Shown: positions 29,733 to 39,105 of the stretch, piece by piece
Position numbering within the stretch: the first letter of the stretch is position 1
Layout of the letters: each line of letters opens with the position of its first letter
NCBI GenBank assembly: GCA_964649175.1
Contig: CAZYPA010000002.1
Coordinates: 1-55,026 of the forward strand
DNA from: an uncultured Leptospirales bacterium
GTDB taxonomy: Bacteria; Spirochaetota; UBA4802; UBA5550
Direction of reading: 5' to 3'
Length of the DNA: 55,026 bases
Notes under the pieces: generated by a model
Databases searched by the model: none
What the model was told of the DNA's origin: nothing
What the model saw: the letters and a program-made list of their open reading frames with translations, nothing else
Made by a program: the position numbers and the translations under genes

Positions 29733-30323
29733 ATGAAAATTAAAAGTGCAACATTTCTCAAAAGCTCTACTTCCTATGAGCAATTCCCGGATTTTAACTA
29801 TCCGGAATTTGCATTTTTTGGCAGATCCAATGTGGGAAAATCATCCCTTTTAAACATGCTGGTCAACAAAAAAAATTTGGTTAAAACAGGCTCAAGACCA
29901 GGTGTAACTACCATGATCAATTTTTTTATTATAAATAATAATACATCATTTGTTGACATGCCTGGCTTTGGATATGCCAAGCTTCCTGCATCAGTAAGAA
30001 AAAAATTTATGCCTTTAATCAGGGAATATATAGAAAAAAGGACTAATTTAAAAGCTGCATTTTTACTAATTGATATCAGGCGAACACCAGGGGACTATGA
30101 AGAGGAAATACTTTCTTTACTTACAAATAAAGAAATACCAGTGGCAATTACTGTTACAAAGGCTGACAAAGTATCGAAAAACCAACGAGGAAAAAGACTA
30201 AAAGAAATCGAAGATGCCCTGGGCATAAGCAGCGAGTCTGTTTTTCTCACCTCAGCTTCTACAGGTGAGGGAAAGCAGAATATACTCAATATAATCAATG
30301 ATTTATGTCAAAACGATTCCTGA
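29733..30323 (+). CDS. engB: Ribosome-biogenesis GTPase EngB/YihA
   Basis: 196 aa with G1 GRSNVGKSS, G3 DMPGFG and G4 TKADK. Confidence 0.9.
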   Translation: MKIKSATFLKSSTSYEQFPDFNYPEFAFFGRSNVGKSSLLNMLVNKKNLVKTGSRPGVTTMINFFIINNNTSFVDMPGFGYAKLPASVRKKFMPLIREYIEKRTNLKAAFLLIDIRRTPGDYEEEILSLLTNKEIPVAITVTKADKVSKNQRGKRLKEIEDALGISSESVFLTSASTGEGKQNILNIINDLCQNDS

Positions 30324-30348
30324 AAACATCTTCTGGTAAAATAATAAT

Positions 30349-30945
30349 TTACAGTTGAGTCATAAGATAAAGGATTCGGCTTGCCTTCTCTTTTTCAAAA
30401 AGTGTAATTAAATATGCAGTAATACTGGCTCTACCTTGAGTAAGAGCATCTGCATCCATCTGCCTTAAAACATCAATAATAAGAGGATCTTCCCATTTTT
30501 CCATAATTTTCACAGACTCATCAGGTGGCATGTTTCCCATTTTATTAGCAAGGACTTCCACGTTTTTTCTGTATCCGGAATATTTGTTTTTATCATCTTC
30601 AAGTTTTTTTCTTTCAAGCTCCAGGCCCTTTTTTACTTCAGCAAGCCTGTTTTTTTCACTATTAAGCTCACCTTCCCTTTCTACAAGCAGAGCCTCCCTT
30701 TTATCCAGCTCCTCAATCCTTTCAGCAAGCCTCTCCTTTTCCTTTAAAAATTCCTCTCTCTGCACAAGGGAAGGCACATCGCCTGCTATTTCCATAACAG
30801 AATCAGGACTTGACCTGAACTTACGCGCATAATTTGAAATATCAACAAGCCCAATATAATCGAGCCAAAAAAACCCTATTGCGGAAAGGAAAAATATAAG
30901 CAGCACCAAATACAATATTTTTGATTTTTCAGATACTCTCCTCAT
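30349..30945 (-). CDS. flbB: FlbB/YlxF-like flagellar protein (TM + coiled coil + MgtE-N-like C-terminus)
   Basis: 198 aa. It sits directly after fliJ, as flbB does in Borrelia and ylxF in Bacillus. It has an N-terminal TM, an E/K-rich coiled coil and a C-terminal PDESVKIMEKWEDPLIIDVLRQMD. Confidence 0.55.
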   Translation of the reverse strand: MRRVSEKSKILYLVLLIFFLSAIGFFWLDYIGLVDISNYARKFRSSPDSVMEIAGDVPSLVQREEFLKEKERLAERIEELDKREALLVEREGELNSEKNRLAEVKKGLELERKKLEDDKNKYSGYRKNVEVLANKMGNMPPDESVKIMEKWEDPLIIDVLRQMDADALTQGRASITAYLITLFEKEKASRILYLMTQL

Positions 30946-31048
30946 TTTAACCTCTCAGCTATAATCCAATTCTATAATCAGGTTTATCTAAGCAGTTTGC
31001 TTTTAATCATTAATTCCTGCCAGTATATCAAACATACTGTTTAACATA

Positions 31049-31507
31049 CTACTGCTCCCTTATCATTTTTTTTATAAAAATCTTCTGATTCATATCATCA
31101 TTCTCTTTAGCAATTTCTCTATTTACCTCATAATCGTATTCAGCTTTTTTCCTCTCTTTAAGTTTTTCTACAATTTTCCTTTCCCTTGATGCATCAAGGA
31201 GTTTGTCCCTAATAACCTGAATTTCAGGCTCCATTGCTTCAGCCCTTTTTACTGACTCCACAATGGCTCTTCTTGAAATATCTGCATAGCGCAGAATTGC
31301 CATTGTTTTATCAGGTGAAAAAACACCTTTTTTAATATCATCGGTCTGCTGCCTTTCATAGCTTTTAATTTTAAGTATAAGCTCATCCTGCAGAACCTTT
31401 TCCCTGTTTTGAACTGCCAGAATTTTCATTAACTCGTTTCGAACCTCATCCTCTCTAGCCTGACGAATATCAAGAAGTTTCTGAAGGGAAAATTTGAATT
31501 TCTTCAT
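31049..31507 (-). CDS. fliJ: Flagellar export chaperone FliJ
   Basis: 152 aa, all coiled coil, with a FliJ-type start (KFKFSLQKLLDIRQ) and position after fliI. Confidence 0.7.
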   Translation of the reverse strand: MKKFKFSLQKLLDIRQAREDEVRNELMKILAVQNREKVLQDELILKIKSYERQQTDDIKKGVFSPDKTMAILRYADISRRAIVESVKRAEAMEPEIQVIRDKLLDASRERKIVEKLKERKKAEYDYEVNREIAKENDDMNQKIFIKKMIREQ

Positions 31508-31515
31508 TCAACAAT

Positions 31516-32919
31516 CTACCTAAGCACCCTTGCAAAAGCAGGGGATCGAGTCTCTGCTGGTTTCTGCTTAACTTCAGGAGCATCGTCAATAACCATACTA
31601 ATAAGCCTGTCTCTGGTTTTTTCAAGAGTCTCCTTTTCATAAATTCCCTGTTTCAGAAATTCATTGATGTCTCCTATCATTGATAGAGCCTTATCAATAA
31701 GGGGATTAGCTCCTCTTACATATCCACCTAAATTTATCAGATCTTCAGCCTCTGTATAAGCTGACAATATTTCACGAAAGAGCATTGCAGCTTTTCTATG
31801 CTTTTCATCAACAACATCTTTCATACACCTTGATACAGATGCAAGTACATCTATAGCAGGATAGTGTCCCCTATTAGCAAATTTCCGATCAAGAACAATA
31901 TGTCCATCAAGTATACCCCTTGATGCATCAGAAATAGGTTCATTCATGTCATCTCCCTCAACAAGAACACTGTAAAATCCTGTAATGCTTCCTCCACTGC
32001 TGCTTGTTCCAGCCCTTTCCAAAAGCCTGGGTATAATAGAAAAAACTGAGGGTGGATATCCCCTTGTTGCAGATGGTTCTCCTGCGACAAGACCAACCTC
32101 TCGTTGAGCCATGGCAAAACGGGTAACTGAATCCATAAGAATATTAACAGCCAGACCTTGATCACGGTAATATTCCGCAATAGCATGAGCCAAAAATGCA
32201 CCCTTTAACCGAAGCATTGGAGGCTGATCAGATGTAGCAGCAATTACAACAGAGCGCTTTAACCCTTCAGCTCCGAGCTCCTTTTCAACAAAATCTTTAA
32301 CCTCACGCCCTCTTTCACCTATAAGGGCTATTACATTTACATCCGCATTGGTATAGCGCGCAATCATTCCAATAAGAGTGGACTTGCCCACACCTGAGCC
32401 GGAAAAAATTCCTATTCTCTGTCCCCTGCCCACAGTAATAAGACCGTCAATTGCCCTTACACCAACTGAAAGTGGTTCATCAATTACTTTGCGGTCCAGA
32501 GGATTCATTACCTGCCCTTCAATCGGATATCTTACTGGAGAAAAAATTTCCCCCTTCCCATCCAAAGGCTTGCCAACACCAGAAAGAACACGACCAAGAA
32601 GTCCCTTCCCTACAGGAACAGTAAGAGATGTGCCCACAGCATATACCTCTGCTCCTGGCACAACCCCTTTCATGTCTCCAATGGCCATTAATATTACCCT
32701 GTTACGGTTAAATCCAACAACCTCAGCATAAAGATACTCCCTTTCACCGGTTTTGATTCTGCATAAATCACCATATCGCACAGCTGGGCCCACACTCTCA
32801 ATAGTGAGTCCAACAATCCTTTCAACCTTGCCGGAAAATTTTATGATATCTATTTCATCAATTATCTGCTTATACTTTGAAAGGATATCAACCTTTTCAT
32901 AAGGGAGAATTTTAATCAA
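31516..32919 (-). CDS. fliI: Flagellum-specific ATPase FliI
   Basis: 467 aa with Walker A GSGVGKST and Walker B ILMDSVTR. TTG start preceded by AAGGAG. Confidence 0.95.
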   Translation of the reverse strand: MIKILPYEKVDILSKYKQIIDEIDIIKFSGKVERIVGLTIESVGPAVRYGDLCRIKTGEREYLYAEVVGFNRNRVILMAIGDMKGVVPGAEVYAVGTSLTVPVGKGLLGRVLSGVGKPLDGKGEIFSPVRYPIEGQVMNPLDRKVIDEPLSVGVRAIDGLITVGRGQRIGIFSGSGVGKSTLIGMIARYTNADVNVIALIGERGREVKDFVEKELGAEGLKRSVVIAATSDQPPMLRLKGAFLAHAIAEYYRDQGLAVNILMDSVTRFAMAQREVGLVAGEPSATRGYPPSVFSIIPRLLERAGTSSSGGSITGFYSVLVEGDDMNEPISDASRGILDGHIVLDRKFANRGHYPAIDVLASVSRCMKDVVDEKHRKAAMLFREILSAYTEAEDLINLGGYVRGANPLIDKALSMIGDINEFLKQGIYEKETLEKTRDRLISMVIDDAPEVKQKPAETRSPAFARVLR

Positions 32920-32981
32920 TATTATGTCTCCTTAAGCTGTCTTAAAAATCGGGTCAGATCAATTCCAACCCGAAATTTTAC

Positions 32982-33908
32982 TTAAAGGGTAGTTGTATTT
33001 CTTATTGCCTCTTCAATTGCATCAAGCTGAGTTGATATTCGAGCATCAACTGCTCCAACATCTGTCTCAATAATACATCCGCCCCTTTCAACCCTTGAAT
33101 CTTCGTATATATTAACCTTTTTAAGAGATTCCATCATCTTTATAAGCTCATCCTTATGAGCAGTTGTCATATCAAGGTCAGCAAAGTTAACCCTTATATC
33201 TATTCTATCCCTGTCCTTAACACGCTTTATAGCTTCTTTAATATTGTTAATCACAACTTCCCTTCGTTCAACAATTTCATCCTTTATCACTTTGCGGGAA
33301 ATCATAAGTATCATTTCAGTCATAAGTTTTTCAGATGATTTAATAATATCATCCCTTATATCCACAGCAGTAGCAACAATGGTTCCAAGCCTGTCTATAA
33401 GTCTCATAACCTCAGCCTGTCCCTCTTTATAACCCTCTTCACGACCAGCCTCATGCCCCTTCATATAGGCATCATGTTCTATTTCAGAAACTTTTTTTTC
33501 TGCTTCAAGTATTATCTTTTCAGCTTCAAAGTTGCTCTTTTCTATTTCTCTGTCTGACTCAGCATTATGACGCTCTGTTTCTATCCTAATCTGTTCGCGT
33601 ACTTTTTCAAGTTCAATAAAAGCCGCTGATTTCCCCTCTTCCTCAATCCGGGCAGCCCTGGCCTTGGCCTGTTCCAGCATTTTATTAACTTCCTCTTCAG
33701 TTTCACGCCTGTACCTTTCGAGCTCAGCCTCCATTTCCTCAATAGAAGGACCCTGATATATATCAATGGGGTTACCCTCCTCATCCATTTCAAATTCCTG
33801 ATATTCATCAGCATCAATGAGGTTTTTCTGGTATTTTGCAGGAAGTTCAACCTGTTTAACAACAGATACCTGGGAAATTTCTGAAGGTTTAAATACTAGT
33901 TTAGACAA
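32982..33908 (-). CDS. fliH: Flagellar assembly protein FliH
   Basis: E/K-rich coiled coil followed by a FliH C-terminal domain (GGCIIETDVGAVDARISTQL). The likely start is the TTG at 33908, after GAGGAGGAG and overlapping the fliG stop. The track start at 33938 is also possible. Confidence 0.8.
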   Translation of the reverse strand: MSKLVFKPSEISQVSVVKQVELPAKYQKNLIDADEYQEFEMDEEGNPIDIYQGPSIEEMEAELERYRRETEEEVNKMLEQAKARAARIEEEGKSAAFIELEKVREQIRIETERHNAESDREIEKSNFEAEKIILEAEKKVSEIEHDAYMKGHEAGREEGYKEGQAEVMRLIDRLGTIVATAVDIRDDIIKSSEKLMTEMILMISRKVIKDEIVERREVVINNIKEAIKRVKDRDRIDIRVNFADLDMTTAHKDELIKMMESLKKVNIYEDSRVERGGCIIETDVGAVDARISTQLDAIEEAIRNTTTL

Positions 33909-34917
33909 CGAGCTCCTCCTCACCGGCACGGGCAACAACTATATCTCCGGCATCTTCAAGTTTTCTTATTATATTTACTATTTTCTGCTGTGCCTCTTCA
34001 ACGTCCCTTAATCTAATGGGACCCATAAAATCCATATCCTCTCTTAATAAAGAAGCTGCACGCTTGGACATATTTCTAAAAATCTTTTCCTGTACCTCTG
34101 CATCCACACCTTTAAGGGCTTTTGCAAGCTCCTGCGTATCAACCTCTCTGAGTACCTTCTGTATAGACCTGTCATCAAGGAGAACAATATCCTCAAATAC
34201 AAACATTCTCTTTTTGATCTCTTCAGCCAGTTCCGGGTCTTCCTCTTCAAGAGCTTCAATAATAATCTTCTCAGTTCCCCGGTCAACATTGTTAAGAATT
34301 TCAACTATTGTATCAATACCACCAGCCTGGGTAAAATCTTCACTGGCAAGAGTGGAAAGTTTTCTTTCAAGAACACGTTCAACCTCCCGAAGAACATCAG
34401 GTGATGTACGCTTCATTTCAGCTATCCTTCGCGCAACATCAGCCTGAATATTGTGAGGCAATTCAGCAAGAATCGCTGCACCTTTTTGAGGATCAAGATA
34501 GGCAAGTATAAGAGCAATTGTCTGGGGATGCTCCCCCTGTATAAAGTTAAGCAGATGACTGGGATCAGTTCTTCGGATAAAGTCAAAGGGCCTTACCTGA
34601 AGCGATGATGTAAGCCTGTTTACTATATCAATAGCCTTTTGGGTTCCCAGGGCCCTCTCAAGCACGTCCCTTGCATAGTCTATTCCACCCTGTGAAATAA
34701 ACTCCTGGGCCATCATCATTTCCTGAAATTCATGAAGCACCCTGTCTTTATCATCAGGTTCTATCTTGTCCAGCCTGGCTATTTCAAAAGTCAGCTGCTC
34801 AATTTCATCTTCCCTGAGATGCTTAAATATTTCAGAGGAAACATCAGAACCAAGTGATACAAGAAAGATTGCGGCTTTCTGTCTCCCGGTTAATTGTGAT
34901 CTTTTAGACTGAAGCAT
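33901..34917 (-). CDS. fliG: Flagellar motor switch protein FliG
   Basis: 338 aa with the MFVFEDI motif and the charged torque helix region (REVDTQELAKALKG). Confidence 0.95.
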   Translation of the reverse strand: MLQSKRSQLTGRQKAAIFLVSLGSDVSSEIFKHLREDEIEQLTFEIARLDKIEPDDKDRVLHEFQEMMMAQEFISQGGIDYARDVLERALGTQKAIDIVNRLTSSLQVRPFDFIRRTDPSHLLNFIQGEHPQTIALILAYLDPQKGAAILAELPHNIQADVARRIAEMKRTSPDVLREVERVLERKLSTLASEDFTQAGGIDTIVEILNNVDRGTEKIIIEALEEEDPELAEEIKKRMFVFEDIVLLDDRSIQKVLREVDTQELAKALKGVDAEVQEKIFRNMSKRAASLLREDMDFMGPIRLRDVEEAQQKIVNIIRKLEDAGDIVVARAGEEELVV

Positions 34918-34946
34918 CTCCTGTCTCCATTTCTGTATATAAACAC

Positions 34947-34976
34947 TTGAAGCTGTTAATTCAATAACAGCTTCAA
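34947..34976 (-). other. Perfect inverted repeat in the fliF-fliG spacer
   Basis: TTGAAGCTGTTA-ATTCAA-TAACAGCTTCAA, a 12-bp stem with a 6-nt loop. Confidence 0.6.
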
Positions 34977-35035
34977 AAACATATTTTCTTCTTAATATAT
35001 ATCGTCATAAAGAGGCGATTGTCAAATTAAAAAAC

Positions 35036-36736
35036 TTAATCTTCTGCCAGCCAGGTTCTTAAAAGCTGGGCCACATCATCAGGCCTGTCCTTAGCCATCT
35101 GCAGAGCGCTTTCCTGCAGTTCAAGCCTGGCCCTGTCTTCAAGTGACAGTTCTACAGAAATACCCTCCTCTTCAGCAGCCTTTAACGCAGCTTCACGCAT
35201 ACGCTGCTGTTCCAGAGCAAGGGCCTCTTCTCTTGCGCGTCTTCTTCTTTCCAGCTCTTTTTGAACAGCTCTGAAAAGAATAAAACCAACAAAAAGTGCC
35301 ACAACTCCAATTAAAGCTGCTAAAAGCAGTTTTTTAATCTGTTCCCGCTTCTTATATTCATCACGAAGAGAGTTCCAGTAATCATTCCTGTCAAACATGA
35401 TGTTTTCAACAGCAACCTGATCCCCTCTTACATCATTAAAATTAATAGATTTTTTTACAATATTTTCAGCTTTTTTAAGCTCATCTTCAGATATTTCAAG
35501 CTGGATTGGTTTTTTCGCAGGATCCAAATCATATTCCCCTGAAGGGAGCCTGGGCAGATCCTGAATCCCGTCAATTGCAATTGCAACTGAAACGCGGGAG
35601 ATATCATAAGGGGCTCTTTTAATATCCCTTGTTGTTTTATTTATAGCGTGATTTCTTATGTTTTCCTGTTTGTCATACTTGGCAAACTGATCATCACTTG
35701 CCTTATAGCCCGGAGGCTTGTTCCCCTCTGTGCCTGCAGGCCCTTCAGGATTCCATCCATGCCCCTGAAATCTCTCTTCAGTAGTTTTTTCAGAAAGTAT
35801 TAGAGAATCCTGAACCTTTCTTTCTGAATAGGGTGTAGTAGGATCATCTTCCACCATTACAATAGGTGTATGCTCCTCCTGCATCTCTGAAATTTTATCC
35901 CAGTTAAAATCCATATTAAGACGTACTATCTGTATCCGGTCAGAGGAATAAATTTTTTCCAGGCCTTCACGGATATCCTTTAACATCTTTACCCTGGCTC
36001 TTTCCTCTATCTTTTTTCTAAACTCAATTATGGTATATTCTTTCTTTTCATTTTCAAAATCATCATCAAAATCTGATATTATATTCCCAAAATTATCAGT
36101 TACTGTAACATATTCAGGTTTGAGCCTGTTTCCCACAGCTCTTGAAACAAGGTGCGTGATACCCTTTATTTCTTTTCTGCTTAACTTATCATAGCCGGGA
36201 GCAAGATGAACTGTAACAGCTGCAGTATAGGGAGTGTCCTTATCTGAATAAATACTATCCTCAGACATTGCAATCTCTACTAAAGCCTTATCAATATTCT
36301 GCAGAGACTCAAGATGTTTTATTATTTCCCCTCTAAGGGCGCGCATATATTTAATATCAAGCTCACGATCTGTTTCAGTCCATTTTGAAACATCAAAAAG
36401 CTGATAACCCGGAACTCCCTTTGGAATCATATCATCCTGGGCAAGCTTTGTTACAATAAAAACCCTTTCCTTGGGACGCACAAGAATATCTGAATTTCCT
36501 GAAACTTCATAATAATATCCCAATTCATCGAGCTTTTTAGTTACCTGGCCAAAATCACTTGCTGTAAGGCCGGTAAAAAGAGGAATATTTGGCTCACTAC
36601 TGGATACTGCAAAGAGGGTAATAAAAGAAGCAATAATCACTGCTGTTACAACACCAATTATAATTTTTTTGGTGGTGTCCAGTTTGACAAAAACCTCTTT
36701 TATCTGCGCTGTTATTTTTTTAAAAAAATCACCCAT
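35036..36736 (-). CDS. fliF: Flagellar MS-ring protein FliF
   Basis: YscJ/FliF family with two TM segments and a C-terminal FliG-binding tail (DDVAQLLRTWL). The ATG at 36736 has an AGGGGG Shine-Dalgarno site; the TTG extension to 36796 is unlikely. Confidence 0.9.
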   Translation of the reverse strand: MGDFFKKITAQIKEVFVKLDTTKKIIIGVVTAVIIASFITLFAVSSSEPNIPLFTGLTASDFGQVTKKLDELGYYYEVSGNSDILVRPKERVFIVTKLAQDDMIPKGVPGYQLFDVSKWTETDRELDIKYMRALRGEIIKHLESLQNIDKALVEIAMSEDSIYSDKDTPYTAAVTVHLAPGYDKLSRKEIKGITHLVSRAVGNRLKPEYVTVTDNFGNIISDFDDDFENEKKEYTIIEFRKKIEERARVKMLKDIREGLEKIYSSDRIQIVRLNMDFNWDKISEMQEEHTPIVMVEDDPTTPYSERKVQDSLILSEKTTEERFQGHGWNPEGPAGTEGNKPPGYKASDDQFAKYDKQENIRNHAINKTTRDIKRAPYDISRVSVAIAIDGIQDLPRLPSGEYDLDPAKKPIQLEISEDELKKAENIVKKSINFNDVRGDQVAVENIMFDRNDYWNSLRDEYKKREQIKKLLLAALIGVVALFVGFILFRAVQKELERRRRAREEALALEQQRMREAALKAAEEEGISVELSLEDRARLELQESALQMAKDRPDDVAQLLRTWLAED

Positions 36737-36889
36737 GATGCAGCCCCCTGAAACAGAAATTAATATAATGAGACATAATACTTTTAACAGAAACAATGTA
36801 AAATGTCAATTAATTTCCTGAAAAATCTCCGGAAATGTCAGCTTTTTATAAAATAATATGTCGCTTATAATTCCCTGAAACATAACCTC

Positions 36890-37216
36890 TTACCTCAGGT
36901 TAATCAGCTCTTTATATGCATTTATAGCTCCGTCCCTTACAGCCTTGGTAAAGCTAACAGCTATTTCCGCTTTTTGAGTTGCTATCATTACCTGGTGAAT
37001 ATCAACAGATTCTGGTGCATAGATCATCTTTTGCATCATGTTTTCTGAATCTATCTGAAGATCATTAACCTTTGCAATAGCATTATTCAATACATCTGCA
37101 AAAGATCCTGCAACATCATCCCCTGGTCTTCTAATTAAAGGCTCCCCTGTAAAATGCAGAGGGTCCGTTGCTTTCATTGTTACAATATTTCCAGATACCA
37201 TGTTTTCAATAATCAT
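36890..37216 (-). CDS. fliE: Flagellar hook-basal body protein FliE
   Basis: 108 aa. FADVLNNAIAKVNDLQ and the C-terminal helix are FliE-like. AGGAG Shine-Dalgarno site upstream. Confidence 0.85.
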   Translation of the reverse strand: MIIENMVSGNIVTMKATDPLHFTGEPLIRRPGDDVAGSFADVLNNAIAKVNDLQIDSENMMQKMIYAPESVDIHQVMIATQKAEIAVSFTKAVRDGAINAYKELINLR

Positions 37217-37238
37217 AATTGCACTCCTATTTTTTTAT

Positions 37239-37385
37239 TTATCCGGCGTATTTCATTTCAACAATTGAGTCTATACGGGTTTCTTTTTCTATCCCTGCAG
37301 GCCTGTCATTTCTCCTGGTATTGATTTTAACTGAAAGATCATGTGAAACCCTGACTTCATTCAAACCTGGTTTTTCTCTAAACAT
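37239..37385 (-). CDS. Unlisted 48-codon ORF between flgC and fliE
   Basis: ATG at 37385, 7 nt after AAGGGGG and 17 nt after the flgC stop; TAA at 37239-37241. Product: MFREKPGLNEVRVSHDLSVKINTRRNDRPAGIEKETRIDSIVEMKYAG. It is below the track's length cut-off. Confidence 0.45.
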   Translation of the reverse strand: MFREKPGLNEVRVSHDLSVKINTRRNDRPAGIEKETRIDSIVEMKYAG

Positions 37386-37402
37386 GATTAAGCCCCCTTT
37401 TT

Positions 37403-37870
37403 TTAAGCATTAATTTTCCCTATTTCAAGAGCCTTGCCAAACATGGACTTGGCATTATTAACAATCATTACATTGGCTTCATACGATCTTGATGCTGATA
37501 TAAGGTCTGTCATTTCCATAACAACATTAACATTTGGCATGCGCACATAACCCTTTTCAGGGCCTGTACTAATTGCATCCGGATGTGCAGGATCATATAC
37601 CAGTCTAAAAGGCTCCTTGTCATTTTCAATCTTAACAACACGCACACCCTTCCCTTCTCCATGCTCTATTCTGTCTGGAACCAGAGGGGATTTGTAACCA
37701 GGCCTTATATTTATAGGGGCAAAAATAGCCCTTTTACGTACATAGGGTCCATCACCCTCAGGGGTTCGTGTTGTTGTTGCATTTGCTATATTGCTGCTTA
37801 TAAGGTCCATTCTCAATCTCTGAGCAGAAAGGCCTGTTGAAGCTATATTAAAAGAATCAAACATTGCCAT
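37403..37870 (-). CDS. flgC: Flagellar proximal rod protein FlgC
   Basis: 155 aa with N-terminal SAQRLRMDLISSNIANATT and C-terminal SYEANVMIVNNAKSM. Confidence 0.95.
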   Translation of the reverse strand: MAMFDSFNIASTGLSAQRLRMDLISSNIANATTTRTPEGDGPYVRKRAIFAPINIRPGYKSPLVPDRIEHGEGKGVRVVKIENDKEPFRLVYDPAHPDAISTGPEKGYVRMPNVNVVMEMTDLISASRSYEANVMIVNNAKSMFGKALEIGKINA

Positions 37871-37894
37871 TTTAACTATCCCCCTTTAATCCTT

Positions 37895-38323
37895 TTAACC
37901 CTGTCTCATTACAAGCTTAATCATTTTATAGTTATGGTTAAGAGAGGTTACAAAGGCATTATATCTCATCATATTTTTTGATGCATCAACCATCTCTTTT
38001 TCTATATCTACGTTGTTACCGTCATTTCTATAAATTGTTGTATAATCAAGATTAATCCGCGGCTGCACTGTTTTAAGATCTCTTTCAACAAAAAAAGGAA
38101 TATGCTTTTCATCAGTCAATATGGCAGGAAGCTTGTTTGAGGCATCCTCTCTCTGTCTGATAGCCCTTTTAAGCTCACTTTCAAAATTCACTTCACTTCT
38201 TTTGAAATGAGGAACATCTACATTTGCTATATTATTGGAAATAACCTTTCGCCTTGTGGATTCAACATCAAGGGATTTTTCCAGAAGGTAGTTTGTATTC
38301 ATAAGACTTAAGTTATTAAACAT
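37895..38323 (-). CDS. flgB: Flagellar proximal rod protein FlgB
   Basis: 142 aa with the N-terminal rod motif RRKVISNNIANVDVPHFK. First gene of the cluster. Confidence 0.9.
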   Translation of the reverse strand: MFNNLSLMNTNYLLEKSLDVESTRRKVISNNIANVDVPHFKRSEVNFESELKRAIRQREDASNKLPAILTDEKHIPFFVERDLKTVQPRINLDYTTIYRNDGNNVDIEKEMVDASKNMMRYNAFVTSLNHNYKMIKLVMRQG

Positions 38324-38448
38324 AAAAAAAACTCCTAATTGTACCTTTATATATTCATATTCGGCAAAACTGAAAATTACATAAGATATTTTTAAGGAGA
38401 CATAATTTTTTTTGTGTTTTTGAATTCTTTTAACAGGCAGGGAAAAAA

Positions 38449-39099
38449 TTAAGGGATAAGCAGATCTTCAAGATCTTTTACTGTTTCTGCTATATATGTT
38501 GCACCTGCTGCAACAAGCTCATCAACTGTGCCAAAGCCCCAGGTTACACCTATTGAGTCTATTTTGTTCTCAATTGCACCAGCAATGTCATACTCTCTGT
38601 CACCAGCCATTACAGCGGATTTCAGGGCTGAATCTGACAAAAAAGAAAGCGCATACTCCACCACTTCGCTTTTTTTACCCATGGTTCCATCAAGGTTGCT
38701 CCCTGAAACTATATTAAAATACTCATGGATCTTAAAATATTCCAGTATTTTACTTGCATAGATCGTAGGCTTGGATGTAGCAAGCAAAAGCATTTTACCA
38801 CTTTTTTTAAGTCTGGAAAGCATTTCAGGCACACCTGGATAAATGCTGTTTTCATATATGCCGGTTACAGCAAAATACTCCCTGTAAAAAGCAACAGCCT
38901 CTTCAGCTTTTTCACGATCAAAACCATAGTATTTCATAAATGAATCACGCAAAGGCGGGCCTATAAATTTGAGAAGGTCTTTCCGCTCAGCAGCAATTTT
39001 GTATTTAGCCAAAGCATATTTAATGGAATTTGTAATTCCATCTGCAGGATCTGTAAGTGTTCCATCAAGATCCAGGAGTATATATTTGTAATTTTTCAT
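38449..39099 (-). CDS. HAD-superfamily hydrolase (phosphoglycolate phosphatase-like)
   Basis: 216 aa with motif I LLDLDGTLTD, motif II LLATSK and motif IV GDREYD. Confidence 0.8.
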   Translation of the reverse strand: MKNYKYILLDLDGTLTDPADGITNSIKYALAKYKIAAERKDLLKFIGPPLRDSFMKYYGFDREKAEEAVAFYREYFAVTGIYENSIYPGVPEMLSRLKKSGKMLLLATSKPTIYASKILEYFKIHEYFNIVSGSNLDGTMGKKSEVVEYALSFLSDSALKSAVMAGDREYDIAGAIENKIDSIGVTWGFGTVDELVAAGATYIAETVKDLEDLLIP

Positions 39100-39105
39100 T
39101 TCTGA

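Noticed and set aside
30530-30832. 100-aa plus-strand ORF antisense to flbB
   Set aside because: Its poly-Ser/Leu/Phe composition mirrors the E/K-rich coiled-coil codons of the real gene.
32378-32731. 117-aa plus-strand ORF antisense to fliI
   Set aside because: Pro/Thr/Ser-rich shadow ORF inside a conserved ATPase gene, with no start context.
34016-34447. 143-aa plus-strand ORF antisense to fliG
   Set aside because: Ser/Leu/Ile-rich low-complexity translation lying entirely inside a strongly supported gene. It is a typical antisense shadow ORF.
36806-36883. 25-codon ORF (MFQGIISDILFYKKLTFPEIFQEIN) in the fliE-fliF spacer
   Set aside because: The GAGG is only 2 nt from the ATG, which is too close for a Shine-Dalgarno site. 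The ORF is very short and nothing about it is distinctive. The TTG-extended fliF start (36796) is also rejected, in favour of the ATG at 36736 with its AGGGGG site.
38358-38365. Sigma28-type -10 element (GCCGAATA on the minus strand) upstream of flgB
   Set aside because: It has an extra A relative to GCCGATAA, and there is no TAAA -35 element at the required spacing of about 15 nt.
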